NCBI RefSeq assembly: GCF_001194135.2
Contig: NC_069004.1
Location: 16,624,842 to 16,676,499 of the forward strand
Reading direction: 5' to 3'
Length of the DNA stretch: 51,658 nt
Source: Octopus bimaculoides
Taxonomy: Eukaryota
Shown: positions 50,150 through 51,658 of the stretch, one piece after another
Numbering within the stretch: the first letter of the stretch is position 1
How the letters are laid out: every line of letters starts with the position of its first letter
Notes under the pieces: model-generated
The model's database searches: none
What the model saw: only the letters and a program-made list of their open reading frames with translations
What the model was told of the DNA's origin: nothing
Translations under genes and position numbers: made by a program

Positions 50150-51658
50150 GTTATAAAAACAAAAAACTCCGTAAGCCAAAGTTAATTACTGAGAACTGAG
50201 TCTGGCTGATCGGCTGAACAAAACGTCATCTTTGAAAGAAAAGGCACAAATATAGTAACTCAGCAACAAAGTAGTTGTTTCGTCCCCATACTCTCAGTTT
50301 CACTGATTCTACCTTAACAATATTGTTACAATTGGTGACTTTCTTCTGCAACGAAGAACTACCCGTTATATGTATATACCCATAATTGAAAGGATCTATG
50401 AACGCTTATTTACTAGCACTGTAAATTTTTTTTTGTTAGAGGAACACTTAGCAATGATGATTAAAATATGGGTGTCTACAATTATATATTGAACACATTC
50501 ACATACACTTTAACATGGAAAGGCCTTCACTGCAGAAACTGTCTCCTGATATACAGAAAGACATAACTGGACCGGAGAACACATATTTCTGCATTGTAAC
50601 GCTTCAGCAGTTATGCTTATCAAATCCGTTGTTCACAGCTCACTAAGAGCTACCGTTCTTATAAATTAAATAATAACGCAAAAACACATCTTAGGATCCG
50701 ATGACACCATTCATGGCCCTGTCACGTGTTTTTCACAGACATTGTCTATGAGAATTCTTTCCCAAGACAGTTCTGGCAATGGAAGTTCTTCCAAATTTGA
50801 GTGCCTATGAACATGTTAAATATAATTGCATACATTTATATTTTTGATTAATATTTTCAAAAGCTTTCTCGGTGTGGTTGGTCTGCCTCTCCCCACTTTA
50901 ATACCATTTTCTTCTGTCTCATTCGAGTCGTTGGTTACTCGTATCTTCATTCTCCTTTCTCTTTTCGCTGACCATCTCTTTCTCTCGGTGATTCCCTTTG
51001 TTCTTTCATTTCAATTCCGTTATCATTTACTACCTTACAACAAATGCGACAAAATCACTTTCTCTCAATTCCTCTTCTTTCAGATAAAGCGGAAAAGCCC
51101 GAAACATTTGAACTTTGCCCCCCCCCCATTTCAGTGATTTCGACGGAAGTGTGTGTGGTCATCAAGGCAGATAACTCTTGTTGACTCTTCCACCTGACAG
51201 TAATGGCTACACGTGTGGTGGTAGTCTAACATTTACGACCGACACGCATTTACCGTCTTTAAACTAGATCTAATTACAAAAGCGACCACAATGGACTATA
51301 TCCATGAAAACATGCAACCCACAGCTGGTACAATGTAAGTGCTATTATGTGTTTGTTGTCTTCTTGATTACGTTTCCAGAGCGACCAGGTACCTCGCCAT
51401 AAAATCGCATAGTTTTGCTTTATAAAATAATAATATACTAACTTTTTATATTTATAAAATGCTAGTTTTAAAAATATGTATAATTAAATTATTTTAATAG
51501 GTATTGTTTTGTAGGAAGTATTCTAGGGATAGCTGAACCATTCAAGATAATGAAATGGCATGAGATTTGATGAAACACGTGTTCATTTTTTTTTTGTTTT
51601 TGACTATTTGAGTTTATTGGAAATTTTAATAATTACGTATATATATATATATATATAT

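Noticed and set aside
50826-51137. Hydrophobic 103-aa ORF with a TTG start and a nearby cggaagt motif
   Set aside because: Phe/Leu/Ser richness reflects T-rich composition. No recognisable family or splice support.
1-51658. CRISPR arrays, rRNA and prokaryotic operons
   Set aside because: Eukaryotic intron-rich DNA with no regularly spaced repeat-spacer arrays or rRNA-like sequence.

Overview
AT-rich, microsatellite- and transposon-dense animal genomic DNA. The SINE/RTE repertoire points to an octopod cephalopod (inference), and there are two assembly gaps. Three protein-coding loci are supported. (1) The 3' part of a multi-exon p160/SRC nuclear receptor coactivator (NCOA/taiman-like) on the + strand: 8 phase-consistent exons at 2397-16232 plus a probable micro-exon at 1749-1791, ending in an LxxLL motif and followed by a long 3' UTR-like region. 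(2) An intact, intronless 439-aa ZMPSTE24/Ste24 (M48A) homolog on the - strand (28943-30262). It has lost the HExxH motif (HQISQ) and the third zinc ligand, so it is a candidate pseudo-protease retrogene and the most notable feature. (3) TMEM60 on the - strand (45239-45628). The rest is decayed mobile DNA: mariner DD34D, maT DD37D, a Helitron 3' end, RTE, CR1/L2 and HERO LINEs, a Penelope GIY-YIG remnant, several tRNA-derived SINE families, and foldback/MITE elements, including a Merlin-like and a MULE-like element nested in one repeat tail.
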